Shown here: in pieces, positions 38,301 to 51,930 of the stretch | Position numbering within the stretch: the first letter of the stretch is position 1 | Layout of the letters: every line of letters begins with the position of its first letter | Assembly: GCF_030684315.1 (NCBI RefSeq) | Contig: NC_081396.1 | Coordinates: forward strand, 4,464,001 to 4,528,000 | DNA: 64,000 nucleotides | Direction of reading: 5' to 3' | From: Stegostoma tigrinum | Lineage: Eukaryota | Notes under the pieces: generated by a model | Told to the model about the DNA's origin: nothing | The model's database searches: none | The model's input: only the letters and a program-made list of their open reading frames with translations | Program-made: the position numbers and the translations under genes

Positions 38301-39229
38301 CAATATTACTATATTATCATTCAGCAAGGACACATGAAGGCCATTGTCTCGCTGTATGGATGCAGGAAAATGGTTAAGCCCAGAGGTAACAACACAATGG
38401 AGAAAATTAAAAACCAAATCAGTTGAGATTAAATGAGAGGTGAATGGAGTCCCTTTGAAATTCGGTCTTGTCAGTGATATTGTGACTACATTGTTTTGTT
38501 TCATTCGGGTTTGACACGATTGTTCCAAACAGATTGTTTAGGAACTAGATAGTTGCAGGAGATAGGGCTGATATTGTGGACAAGGAGGTTGAATTTTCAG
38601 CTGAGACTGAAGCAACTGTTTTATTATTTCCAGTGTTTCAATGGAGGATATTTCTGCCGATCCCTTTCTGGATGTCAGACAAGTCAGGATTGTGAGAGCT
38701 TTTAATGGAATTTGGAGGTCATGCGTTCACATACATCCGCTGCCCTGGCCCTTCTAGACGGTGAAGGGTGAGAGTTTGGGTGATTCTGTTCAAATGCTGG
38801 TCAAGCTGGGAGAACGTACAATTTATCTTGTTTCCCTTTGCATTGCTCATGTCGCTGTGGTCCACGTGCAGGCTATGGTGGCAAATGCATTTTCTGCTTG
38901 ACCTGAGTGAGCCACTTGTGTTTTTACAACATTCGAGCACATATAATGATGAATTTCACTCAATAATAATTTACCATGTTCATTCTGCACAGTGTCACAA
39001 CCTGACTTGTGCTGTTGTTGGTGGGCTGTCACTTTTCGTTTTCGTTATTTTCTGTTTCAAAACAATTTCAGAGGGTGCCGGAAGAGGAGGGATTACAATC
39101 AGGGATCATATGTCTCGTAGCATGGAGGTTTCAGATTTATTACAACCAAAATGTCATTGGACTTTAAACATGGACGGAATAAGGACAATTCACTTAGAAG
39201 GGAAACCCTACCGATGATCTGTGGGTGCA

Positions 39230-39965
39230 CAAAGCTTCAATCATTCTTCTGGCCAGTCGAGACACGTACACCGTCACATTGGGGATAGACCACAGAATCG
39301 GGAGGACTGTGATGCAGAATTCAAATTCCTGCCTGACTGGATATCCATAGGCACAGGCACATTGGGAGGAATTAAACACATGCTCAGTGTTTGGGAAAGG
39401 ATTCATTTTGCAATCCAAAATGTCAACACACCAGCAAGTTCTCAACGCAGAGACAACTTTAAAATGCACACACCCTGCAATGTGATGTAAATATTCGTAT
39501 GAACTGCTGTCCCATCAACGTGTTTCCAGTGTGGAGAGACCATTCACGGGCTCTCACTGACGAAAAGAATTCAACACATCATCTGAAGTCACTGTGCACC
39601 AGAAAATTTACAATTTGGAACAGACTGTTAAATGCAGTGTTTGGTCATCACACCTCATAATACACAAGCTAGTTCATTCTGATAAGAGACGTTTTAATTG
39701 TTCAATTTGCAAGAAGTACTTTAAAAGTTCTAAAGAAGTGAGAAGTGCTTTAAAAGTGCCTAAGAAGTGATGACACATCAACGTGTTCACACTGAGGACT
39801 GACAATTCAGAAGTTCTTACTATCGGACTCGGTCCAACAATTCAACTCAACTCATTGCCCACCAGCGAAATCACATTGTGGAGAGGCCATTCACCTGCAC
39901 TGAGTGTGGAAAAAGGATTCACCTTGAAAGCCCACCTGCTGACTCACCAGCGAGTTTACATGTAA
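39230..39965 (+). pseudogene. C2H2 zinc-finger gene relic
   Basis: HIGDRPQN, ERPFTCTECGK, AHLLTHQRVY; many frameshifts. Confidence 0.8.
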
Positions 39966-40619
39966 CGACAGGAGTTGGACATTGCTTCTCGTTGCATCCA
40001 GGACTGAACATTGTTCATCGTTTAATAAACTCCAGCTCAATTTTAGCTCTTAATATTATGCATAAAAGTAAATTAAACCAGATTTGTCAGTGAACACAGC
40101 TTGGGAAATTCTTTTTTAATCTCTCACACGTTTGTTCTGACTGAGCTAGTTTGGGAATGCTGACGTTCTCCCCATTTCTTCCATCCTCATCAGCAACACC
40201 AAGTGCGTGGAGATTATGGAGCTCCTTTCTCACTGAATTTGAGACTACCTGATTGCCTGTTTATGCTGCCTCCCTTCCTCCCACTACCACCCTGGGTAAA
40301 AAAAATTCCTCCACAGTTCCTCCCTGCCTGAACCCTGAACGTTCATCTTTCTCCAGATTCTCTCTGACAAAACTCATTGTGACTGTGAGAACCACCATGT
40401 CGTAACTTAACTCTCGTCCCAAAATCTGTTGACCATTCAAGTTCTCTGTGTTTACCGTTCTTTTTTAAGATTGCCTCTTATTCTCTCTCCCTCACCTTGA
40501 AATCAACAGCATCATCCATCCTACAATAACCCCTTCACATAATGTCTGAAACAATTACCACACAATCCCCCACATTCTTTCTTTAAACTTGATTGTCCCC
40601 GAGTATCATACAATGCTTA

Positions 40620-40925
40620 AACATTAGAAAGTATCCATTCAGCCCATTGAGTCAGCAACAACCCAAAGAAAGCTCCATCCAAACTCATTCCGTCCCCGTC
40701 GCCCCTCTTGGGATTTTACAGGGCCAACCAACCTAACTTTCACATCATAGGTATTTTGTCTTTTTTTCGCATGGTCAATCCATCCACACTGCAGATTTTA
40801 TTTTGAGTGGAAACACGCACAGTCATAGGGAGATATCAAAACTCCACAAAGACCATCGCCCAAATTTGGAATCAAGCCGGCTTCCTTGGCATTCTAATGC
40901 AGCAGTGCTAAACAATAAGCCACTC
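40620..40925 (-). mobile_element. HE1-like V-SINE, degenerate
   Basis: tRNA-like head (gtggcttattgtttagcactgctgc on minus), V core 'aaactccacaaagac', LINE-type tail. Confidence 0.7.
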
Positions 40926-41371
40926 TGGATTGTTCCTTCATGCCTAATATTTCAGGTTTCAGCTCTGTTACATCATCTGGAAGCATTGTTTTCTCATCTG
41001 CACTGCTACACCAAGCTCCACCCCAATACCATCAATCTCCCTTCCTTCATTGTCACTAAACAATCTGACTGTGTAAACCACATCCAGTATTAGAGGAAAG
41101 GAAACATCATCCAATTAAAAATTGCTGAGATCAATGTCTCTGTCTTGGATTGCCATTACAAAAATATGTTTCTCAATTAACTTAGTCTCTCCTTGGAACT
41201 ATGACTCTTCAACACATGGTTCATAATCTCTGGCACATACTCAGCCACAAGATGAGGTTCTGACCACATGTAATTCTAATAGCAGTCCCAGACATTTCAA
41301 TTTTATGATGTTATCCATTGCGATTTGATCACAGCTCATCTGCTGGTGAAACCCACATCCAAGCCAATGTT

Positions 41372-41472
41372 GGGTCAGCTGCTCTGTTGAAGGGTCTAGG
41401 CCCGAAACGTCAGCTTTTGTGCTCCCGGGATGCGGCTGGACCTGCTGTGTTCATCGAGCCTCACATTTTATT
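41372..41472 (+). mobile_element. Solo Penelope pLTR end
   Basis: ctgttga-agggtctaggccc-gaaacgtc (core mutated); 15-bp TSD atccaagccaatgtt at 41357-41371 and 41473-41487. Confidence 0.88.
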
Positions 41473-41533
41473 ATCCAAGCCAATGTTACCTTCCGGCTTG
41501 ACCTTTGGTTTGCATTCCTGGCTAGCGTCTCAC

Positions 41534-43466
41534 CTGGCTGCATGGGATCATTCAAAAACCTGTTTGCCGTGTGTTTTTCCATACCTCGTCCTTCACCTAA
41601 CATCCCTGTGATTTGATAGTTCCAAAATTTATCTCGGGACACTTTCCAAACTAAAGGTGTGATGTAAAAGAATTAAAAGATAAATCAGATTGTAACAGAG
41701 TGTAAAGAATGGTATAACAGTAAATACCCAGGTGAGTGAGTTGGGTCGCATGACCCTGAATGACAGAAGAGATCTGAGTGACAGAATGGCTTCCTCCTGT
41801 AACCATATTCCACAGAAACTTTGGTTCCAAACACAAAGGACCAAGCCCCTTAAAGAATGCAAAGTTGCCCTGACTGTCACTGCTCATTTGTGCACGTTCA
41901 CCCTTCGATTTCTACTGATTCTTTCTGCAAATGATATTCACAAAGCTCAACACTGAATCTTGTGTTTCGGTTCCTTTCCACTTCCTGGAGCTGAGTGAAT
42001 TCCTCAGTGTGTATGGGAAACTGAAAGCTCGCCACGAGCAGTTTGTTGGATTATTTCACCTTCCAACTCTCAGTTAATGCTGGGAGATTGAAGCTGATAT
42101 TCCCATGGACATGAAGTGATCTGAGGCATCAGGAATTCAAGACTTATCCCAGCTTCATGGGAATCAGAAAACTTTGTGTAGAAGTATGGAAAACGTGAAA
42201 AGAGCAGCCAAACCATGTCGGATTTGAATCTGCACTCTGCTGACCTGTCACCTGCGCCATCATCGATTGCATTGGTACCCGACACATATCCAGCTTCCAC
42301 CTGCTGCAGATTTGTGGTGTGATCGGGAAAAGGAGCATTCACAACGTGAGAAAGAAGCAAGCGTAATAATTGTCACTGTTTCACTTCAATGGTCCCCATT
42401 TTGTGAAGTGGTGAATATCACTGGCAAAGGAAACACATTTGTCACAGTCGTCAGTTGTCTGCTTCAGTGTCGGCTCTCTCTGCGAGACGTTTCGATCATT
42501 TTATTCAAAGTTTCTTCGCGATTTTATGACTCACCCCCGTGAATCTTATTTCACACTTTGACCGTGGCCTTTTCCAGGTGAGGCCCCAAACAAATTCACC
42601 GACAAACGTTTGGTTCTTTGTCGACTGGGCTTTGGAATCAGACAAGTAGAACGACATTTTTATTGGTGCTACCCTTCACTGGAGCTCAGTACCTCAAAGC
42701 AGATCCCTCTTACCATCGGCCTGTTTTGCACCTTGCTAAAATATGTTTGCTGAACATCAGATGTTCACAACTCCTCATTCTTCACAGTGAAATAAGGTGC
42801 GATAATATGAACCAGTTCAAAATTAGAGAGAGACACTGTACTGCTGAAGTTGGCTTTGACATCATGAATTGACACAAGTGTGAGTAGAATTTAGTTCGCA
42901 AGAGTTTGCCTCGGCAACACTGGTGTTAACTGCCTCGGATTTATAATTTACTTCACCCTTGACTGGACACAACTCCAAGTCGAGAAATAAAGATTTATTG
43001 CAAATTATCTGAATGAAAATTAATCCCTCGTAACAAGCAGAACACCCATCCAGAATCCGTTCGAATCAGTCCAATGAGAGTTTACTTCATGACTGAAGGA
43101 CAATGACAGTAGAAATACGGGAAACTATCATCCATCAATCCCCTCAAAGCACTCACCATTTCGAGTTTGAATACATTACTGTTGCTTCACAGCCGCTGGG
43201 TCTAAAACCTTAAACACCATATGTAATAGCAACAACGTTTTACCTACGGGTCAACGAGTTCAATGGTTCAAGAAAGCCACTCATCACCTCCATATCTAGA
43301 TTAATTCGGGATGGGCAACAAATCCTATCTCATTGATTGACGTCCATATCCGAGACTTAATTTTCAGAACTTGTCGTTTCTAATCAGAGAAATGTAATTG
43401 CAACATGTCCAGAGTCAAAGCCAGGGAGCGAAATAAAAGTGAAAAACAATGATCACTGGGAAGCAT
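41534..43466 (-). pseudogene. Decayed IgSF gene: leader (~43466-43405) plus two V-set exons (42300-41985, 41924-41534); NKp30/VJ-type-like
   Basis: Exon A: TWFGCSFHVFH / VF*F / HEAGISLEFLM / HGNISFNLPALTES. Exon B: GQLCIL*GAWSF..YRRKP..FSLESVPR / NYQITGMLGEGRG, ending ccag|gtgaga. Kozak cgccATG. Confidence 0.4.
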
Positions 43467-43558
43467 GGCGTAAGAGGAGAGTATGGAGCTGATGGTGCAA
43501 GGTTCAGTGTTGGTGCTCATTGAGGCTCACATTTCAGTCCCAGCCAATTCACCACAAT

Positions 43559-43594
43559 GACATCACAATCCTCTTGTGATGTCCAACTTTGCAT
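43559..43594 (-). promoter_or_regulatory. Palindromic TGATGTC pair plus octamer-like ATGCAAAG, candidate lymphocyte promoter
   Basis: gacatcacaa-tcctc-ttgtgatgtc perfect 10-bp inverted repeat, ctttgcat 3 bp away, ~95 bp upstream of the ATG at 43466. Confidence 0.35.
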
Positions 43595-46500
43595 ATTAAC
43601 ACAGGTTATGGTCCTCGATAGAATGAACATATCCCCTTCTTACCGTTAGTTTTCAGATGAATATTTCAGTTTGAAACCACTTCCAGAGGAGATTGACTAC
43701 TTCTGTGCATTTCCATTGGATAATATTCATCTGAGAACTGTCCATAAAAGCAAGAGTTTTGAAATTCTTGCTGAGCAATTTGGAAGGAAAAAAAAAACAA
43801 AAAATACAATGCGCTACTGTGAACTAGTTGTTAAAAAAAGAGGGCAAATGGCTGTAGCCAGGCCAAGAGTATTGTGGTGTAGTTGATTAATGCCTTTCCT
43901 GGGAAACAGAAAAACCTGTAATCAAGCTCCCGTTAGGATGTATACCTCAAATTATTGATTCCTTGCGCAAGCTTCTTTCAAATGCCCTGTGTTGAGCCAA
44001 TTTTTTAATGTGAAACGAGACACCTATTGACTAAATGTGTTTCCTGTATTTCAATGAAACCTATTTTTATTCTCATTTCTGTTGTTTGTATTTGTACCCC
44101 ATCAAATGTTCATAATTATTTTGCGAACCATCACAATTGATTGAATTTTTCCTCATTTTCACAAACCCAAAACTCATATTTATAACTCATTCATTGTCTG
44201 CTTGATACGAACAACGAGGAAACTCAAGATAAAATGCAGAGTGAATTTTGAATTTTATGGTAATGGCACACCGTATGATCTTATCACTCAGTTTTTCTGC
44301 CGTCATCATTCATTATTTTGCATAAGCAGCAAAGAAGTTATTCTATATTTTGCAACTGTTGCAGATTGTTTTTATTTCTGATGGTGATCAATTGCATTCA
44401 GAATTCCCAAGATTCACAATTAATTGAGGAAGTAATGTCTCCTCACATCAGTCCAAATCAACAGGCAATTATCGAGAGAATTTGAAAACAATTCTCAACC
44501 ACTCCTGGCAGAGGGAGAAAACCTCTCAGCAGCTCTACTCTCAGCCTATTTACAAATTTCGTACTTCTGAAGGAATAAAAATGGAACGAATTAGAACTTC
44601 TTTTAAGTTTGTAAAATTGCATGTTGCATTCTGATGAGAGAGAAAGTTTGATTTTTTTTCAAAAATTCTGATTCCACAGATCAACTTGATTTCTTTTCCC
44701 TCCAGAATTTTAAAGTACGGTTGCATAACTGTTCAAATTCCAAAAAAAGGCCCACTCGATCCAAAATATTAACTCCGTTTTCGAGACACAGATGCTGCCA
44801 GACGTGCTGAGTTTCTTCAGATAATTTAGGTTTTGCATCAAATTTCCAGCATCCACTGTTCTTTAATTATATTTCCCTGTATAAAGTATGGGATGACAGA
44901 TATTCCTTTGACATCTCTTTTGCTTATTTCCTGTATTTGACATCAATTATAAATTGCATCTTTCTGTTAAATTGGCAGAATGCTGACCTCTTGGCCTCTT
45001 TAAAATGATTTTGCCACATATCCGTACCTCCATTTCATCACGTTTATATAGCATGGAAAAAGAGGTTTCAGCTCATATTGTTATTGTCGGCCATCAAACA
45101 TCCATCTGTTCGACACTCAGTTTCCAGCACTTGACCTGTAGCCCTGTATACTCTGACATTTTAAGCATTCATACAATGATGTTTTCCCTGTTACACTTTC
45201 GTCTGGAAAGACGCAACGAATGTGGCTGGATTGTCAGATGGTCAGACTGTGTTCACTTCCCTTTGGGAATCTGATCTTCATTTCACTCATAGGGAGAGAC
45301 ATACAAACATACTCTTCGACAGTGACAGAGGCCTTAGGAAAATAACAGCTCCCAGCCCTTCACGTCATCCCTGCATGGCAGGATAGGTTATTCGAGCATT
45401 TAAAAGTCAGACAGAACACTTGCCCGACTCAATGGAGACATGTGATGGAACGGCAGGGAGATTATTTTGGAGCTGCATGGGACTATTTTCAGACCAGGCT
45501 TTGAAGCTCATTGCTATCAAAAAATATATGGTTGGCCACTTGAAATGTCATATTCATGAATGAAACTGATAGATTCCTTGAAAATTGGGCCAATGTCGAT
45601 TTCGTGTCGTTGTGGTTGTGCAGCCTTAATGAGCAGAGGGGTCCTTTCTGTATTGATGATTGTATGATTTAATGTAGAGTTCCCAGTTATGATCGACGTT
45701 GCAGACTTGCACCTCGAATGTGTTTAACAGAGCTGTTGTGTTATATTGAGCACCCAACAGATGAGACGGATTGTTCAAATTAAATATTCTTGGAATGTGC
45801 AAGGCGCTGGAAAGAACTCCCATTCACAATTCTCCCGTGACACCCACGCCATCTCCAGCCATGCATTGACCTTCACGCTTGTGGAATCTATGCTCACATT
45901 GTGAACTAAGCTGTGCTTCAAGTTCATTTGCACTCCGTATCGCATGCCCAGCGCTGCCAATAACTCCAGATACATTTCAGAATTCTTAAACTTCACATTA
46001 TCTCGTTCTCACTCAGTCCCCTGAGTGGAAGTGACTGCAGATGTTTAGCTGCTCCACACTGCCTATGGTATTTTGCTGGTAATGAAGGTACTCATATTGC
46101 TAAAGTGCACACCAACTTCAGTGGATGATCACTGGGAGCTGTTATGGGGGAAAATATTTGGCACTTAACCCCAGCACATTTTCTTTTGTCTTCAGAGATG
46201 AATGAATGCAGCACATTTTCTAAATCTGCTCCTGTTCGTGCCTGTAAACAAAAGGAGAATCATCACAGATCAAGATGTCCTGCTGCTTGTCATCTGTACC
46301 CATTCGAACTTGAAGCAACAACTGACATTAGTCGTCTCAAACACGGAGCTCAACATTATTCTCCACAGCAATGTTTGACCTTGTCAGATGAGTCAGGGCA
46401 CTGATTTAATTAATGTATTCATCAAGTAGATTTGTGGTGCTATAACATCTCTTCTCACCTCTGGTATTAACATACATTCCTGCAGAGTATGGCCAGACTG

Positions 46501-46689
46501 AAGTATCAGTACCCATGAACGATTCAGTAAAACAGACGGAAGCAGGTATGAGTGGGCCTGAACAAATCGTATTCTATCTTTTTCCATTAAATGATATTTT
46601 ATTGTTTCATTGATGTTATTCATGTCAGTCCACAGCTCCTAACTGAACACCAACACGAACAGAAAGGCGAAAATGTCATATGCGCCGAG

Positions 46690-47110
46690 AATTTAAAAAA
46701 ACTGAAGGAAAGAGTCCGATATGCCCTCTTCACCATCTTGTTCGCCTGTCCTACTGACGTCACCATTCACCCCAATATCATTTTTTTACCAGCCTCAGTA
46801 CCCTCTCTTTGTGTATTACAAATGGATAGCATCATACGTTTTCCAAATTGAATTCCATTTGTCACTTCTTAGCTCACCCATCCAAACCATTGTTGACTTC
46901 TCAAAGTCAGCTGGTATCGCCTTCATTGTCCACTGCCCTGTCAAATTTAGGTTGTTTCGAAATTTCACAATCAAGCTTCTCATGTTAATTTCAACATCAC
47001 TAATGAATAATGTGAAGAGCAAGGCACCAAACTGGGCCCTATGGAGCACTACTCCATTAAATCAATCAGTTATCAGACATGATGAAAAGTAATTTTCCTG
47101 TCACTCCTGC
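46690..47110 (-). mobile_element. Degenerate CR1 RT fragment
   Basis: FGALLFTLFISDVE..SLIVKF..WMGELRSDKWN. Confidence 0.65.
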
Positions 47111-47826
47111 ATTTTCTTAATTCAATTCATTTGCAAGCATTCACTGAATTTACAATGGGAAAATCAAACATAAACAGGGAGCAATAACCATTCATGTAGA
47201 GTTTGAGAGAAAGTATTTCTGACAATTGTATAACAAATCGTTTCATAACCATTGGACCAGTGAATCACGTTCCAACTCATTAATTTTGTTTGAACTGGAA
47301 TCATTCTTGTGATTCGGAAACTCTGCAAACCCTCACAGACAGCAGGTCCAGAATGACCATGTCAGAGGCTCTTGAGCAAAACTGTGACATGGGCTGATAC
47401 ATATCCCCCTGAGGGCGAAGAGGGCTCTTTATTCTCTGATTCAGCGACTCCAAGTCTCTCAGTTCTCTGCTGGTCTGCACTGCTGTGCTCACGCTTTGCT
47501 ATAGGATTTTGAAGTGCAAAGGGTTTGATTTAGACGTTGAATGGATGTATTATGAAATGGCAATTATTTTTGATTTTCAATTTCCAAAGTTGCCCAGGAA
47601 CTGGTGTATCACGCATCAGACTGTGATTCCAGATTGCAAATGTAATAGTCAACTCCAAGATCTGCAAGAAACTGCTGAAATCAGATTCCAGTCTGTGACT
47701 AGCAGGGCATTGAAACCTCAGGACACAGAGATGTTGTGGTGTTGATTGAGGGTCAGTTCATCCACCCGATCAAGGCGAGAGTTCCTGCTTCAAAAAACGC
47801 GTTTCAGGTGCATCAAAAGCATGTTA

Positions 47827-49602
47827 ATAGAACATAGAACATAGAACAGTACAGCACAGAACAGGCCCTTCAGCCCACAATGTTGTGCCGACCATTGATC
47901 CTCATGTATGCACCCTCAAATTTCTGTGACCATATACATGTCCAGCAGTCTCTTAAATGACCCCAATGACCTTGCTTCCACAACTGCTGCTGGCAACGCA
48001 TTCCATGCTCTCACAACTCTCTGCGGAAAGAACCTGCCTCTGACATCCCCTCTATACTTTCCACCAACCAGCTTAAAACTATGACCCCTCGTGCTAGCCA
48101 TTTCTGCCCTGGGAAATAGTCTCTGGCTATCAACTCTATCTATGCCTCTCATTATCTTGTATACCTCAATTCGGTCCCCTCTCCTCCTCCTTTTCTCCAA
48201 TGAAAAGAGACCGAGTTCAGTCAACCTCTCTTCATAAGATAAGCCCTCCAGTCCAGGCAGCATCCTGGTAAACCTCCTCTGAACCCTCTCCAAAGCATCC
48301 ACATCTTTCCTATAATAGGGCGCCCAGAACTGGACGCAGTATTCCAAGTGCGGTCTAACCAAAGTTTTATAGAGCTGCAACAAGATCTCACGACTCTTAA
48401 ACTCAATCCCCCTGTTAATGAAAGCCAAAACACCATATGCTTTCTTAACAACCCTGTCCACTTGGGTGGCCATTTTAAGGGATCTATGTAGCTGCACACC
48501 AAGATCCCTCTGTTCCTCCATACTGCCAAGAATCCTATCCTTAATCCTGTACTCAGCTTTCAAATTCGACCTTCCAAAATGCATCACCTCGCATTTATCC
48601 AGGTTGAACTCCATCTGCCTCCTCTCAGCCCATCTCTGCATCCTGTCAATGTCCCGCTGCAGCCTACAACAGCCCTCTACACTGTCAACGACACCTCCAA
48701 CCTTTGTGTCGTCTGCAAACTTGCTGACCCAACCTTCAATTCCCTCATCCAAGTCATTGATAAAAATTACAAACAGTAGAGGCCCAAGGACAGAGCCCTG
48801 TGGAACTCCACTCACCACTGACTTCCAGGCAGAATATTTTCCTTCTACTACCACTCGCTGTCTTCTGTTGGCCAGCCAATTCTGTATCCAAGCAGCTAAG
48901 TTCCCCTGTATCCCATTCCTCCTGACCTTCTGAATAGCCTACCATGGGGAACCTTATCAAATGCCTTACTGAAGTCCAGATACACCACATCCACAGCTCG
49001 ACCCTCATCAACCTTTCTAGTCACATCCTCAAAAAACTCCATAAAGTTTGTAAGGCATGACCTACCCCTCACAAAGCCGTGTTGACTGTATTTGATCAAG
49101 CCATGCTCTTTCAGATGGTCATAAATCTTATCCCTCAGAATCCTTTCTAACACCTTGCAGACGACAGACGTGAGACTTACCGGTCTATAATTGCCGGGGA
49201 TTTCCCTATTTCCTTTCTTGAAGAGAGGAATTACATTTGCCTCTCTCCAGTCCTCAGGTACGACTCCAGTGGAGAGCGAGGATGCAAAGATCTTCGCAAG
49301 TGGCGAAGCAATTGCATTTCTCGCTTCCCAAAGCAGCCGAGGACAAATCTGATCCGGGCCTGGCGACTTGTCAATCTTAATGCTTGACAAAATTTTCAGC
49401 ACATCAGCTTCGTCTATCTCTATCCATTCCAGCATGCACACCTGCTCTTCAATTTTTTCATTCACTACAAAGTTCGTTTCTTTCGTAACGACAGAAGCAA
49501 AAAACTCATTTAGGGCTTCCCCTACCTCCTCAGGCTCCACACACAAGTTCCCTATGCTATCCCTGATCGGCCCTACTCTTTCTTTGACCATTCTCTTATT
49601 CC
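47827..49602 (-). mobile_element. CR1 (HER1-like) LINE, 5'-truncated, young
   Basis: ORF2 RT: KSPGPD, NYRPVSLTS, LDFSKAFDKVPH, GVPQGSVLGPLLF, KFADDTK; one frameshift near 48935; (gttctat)3 tail. Confidence 0.97.
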
Positions 49603-50564
49603 AAGTGTTACTTGCGATTTGCCATTGTGCATGCTAAGGATCTGAACACCAAGCAACTGATGGCGCAACAAAATGCCCACTTCAAGAATGTTGAGTAATG
49701 ATGCAAACACCCTGCATATGGACTGTACATGGGAGAGGATCCTGAGTGGCTGAGAGAAACGGTAATTTTTACAGTGGTTTAACATGAACCATAAGGATGA
49801 CCGGATATCAGACTTAGGCACCAAAACTGAAGTAAATAACTAATAACTGACATTTTGTAGCTATTGTTGGGAGAAACAGCCACTTAAGAATCGGTCTCTT
49901 CAGGAATCGTATAAAAGTTCCTTTGCTTGAAGTCAAGCAATCTGAGCATTTCAAAGACCTGACATTGGTTTAGGCCTCTGAAAACGAAATTGGCCTCCAT
50001 AAAATATTATCTTCCTCAAGTGGCCTCAGAAACAGAATGGACATACAGACATATCCCCACAGACTGAAGAACAGTCATGCATGGAACAAAACGTTATCTC
50101 GTGCTAAGAATGAGCAAAAACCATACTTCAGACAAAAAATATTCACACACTGGAGGGTCCACGTCATCGAAATTTGAGAGATCATGTCTCTTCATTGTCT
50201 TTCAGGTGGGGCAATAAATGAAATTTTGAGGGAAATAGGAAAGCATTAATTATTGCTCCACTTTTCTCTGAGAAATTTCCTCTCAAAGGAGATGGACAAA
50301 AATACATGACCAGGAATTGACACATTTATGTCAACGGTGACTATGATATTCTACTAATTAACCGTGACCATTTTCAATGATTTGTTTCATAAAATGTGAT
50401 TACACCAGTTGAAGGCGATGATGTGGAAAAACAACAAAACTGCTTTCTCCACCGATGGTATTCAGAGACCTTTGTTGATATTTTGATGGTAGAAACAATA
50501 GCTGTGTTTCTCCAGTAGATGGAAGTGAAGACTGATAATTCAATCAACATATTAAGGGCTGTTA

Positions 50565-51930
50565 TAGAACAGAGAACAGAGAAAAGTACAGCATAGTACA
50601 GGCCCTTCGGCCCACGATGTTGTGCCGAAATTTGACACTCATTCTAATGTCTATAAAACCTCTACCTCTACCTTAGACTGTCATCCAAAGACCTTACTAA
50701 TAGATGCTTAAATGCCGCCAATGAGACCGAATCCACTACCCTCTCTGAAAGTGCATTCCACGTCCTTCCCACTCTCTGAATAAAGAAATTAGCTCTGACG
50801 TCGCCCCTATATCTACCTCCATTCACTATAAACCTACGGTGCCGCGTCATAGCTACCTCCACCCTTGGAAAAAGTCCCTGGCTGACGACTCTATCTCTGC
50901 CTCTGAACATTTTGTGCACCTCTGCCAAGTCACCTCTCATTGTTCGTCGTTCTGAAGAGAAAAACCCGAGCTCTCTCAAACATTCCTTGTGAGATCTTCC
51001 CTCCGTGCCAGGAAACATCCTGGTAAATCTACTCTCCACCTTTTTCGAACGCTTCCACATCTTTCCTGTTCTGAGGGGACCAGAACTGGACACAATGCTT
51101 CAAATGTGGCCGATTCAAACTTTTGTGTAGCTGAGCATTTATTCATCGTTCTTGAAATGAATCCCTCTCTGAATAAAAGCTAGCACACCATTTTTACAAA
51201 AAATATTTTACAGCTCTAAACACCTGGCTGGCCGTTTTCAGGGATCTGTGAACATGAACCCCGAGATTCCTCTGCTCCTCCACACTGACAAAGAATATTT
51301 CAATTAACTCTGTATTCTGTTTTTAAGTGTGTCCATCCAAAATGATTCACTTCACACTTTTCAAGGTTAAACTGCATCAACCACTTTTCAGCCAAGATCT
51401 GCACTCAATCAATGTCCCTTTCGAACTGAGAATAGCCATCCACGCTGTCCACAACGTGACCCATTTTTGTATCATCCGTGATATTGTTATTCCAAACTTC
51501 CACTCTTTCATCCAAATCATTTACAAAAATCACAAATAGGGCAGTACCCAGGGAAGATCCTTCGAGTACACCACTTGTAACTGAGAACTTTTTTCAATAT
51601 TTTTCAGTTCCCGACCATTCTTTGTCTACTGAGAGTCAGCCAATTCTGAAACCAATCGGCCACATGTCCCCCTATCCCATCCCTCCATAACTTCTGCATG
51701 GGCCTTCCATGGGGAACCTTATGCAATGCCTGAATTTAATACATGTATATCACGTGGTCGACATTCACCCACATGCTTGGTCATCTCTTTAAATAATTCA
51801 ATAACTTTTGTCTGGCTTGATCTACCCAACACAAATCCACAATGACGATCACGAATCAAACTGTGTGTTTCCAAGTGATCATAAATCCTGACTCTCAGAG
51901 CCCTTTCTACTAATTTTCCCACCACTGGTG
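50565..51930 (-). mobile_element. CR1 LINE, older degenerate copy
   Basis: RFTRMFPG..ELGFFS..RGDL..WNAL; IYDHLETHSLIRD; ttctgttctc tail. Confidence 0.9.

Noticed and set aside
38990-39070. Hydrophobic TM-like peptide CAVVGGLSLFVFVIFCFK
   Set aside because: T-rich sequence with no supporting exon context.
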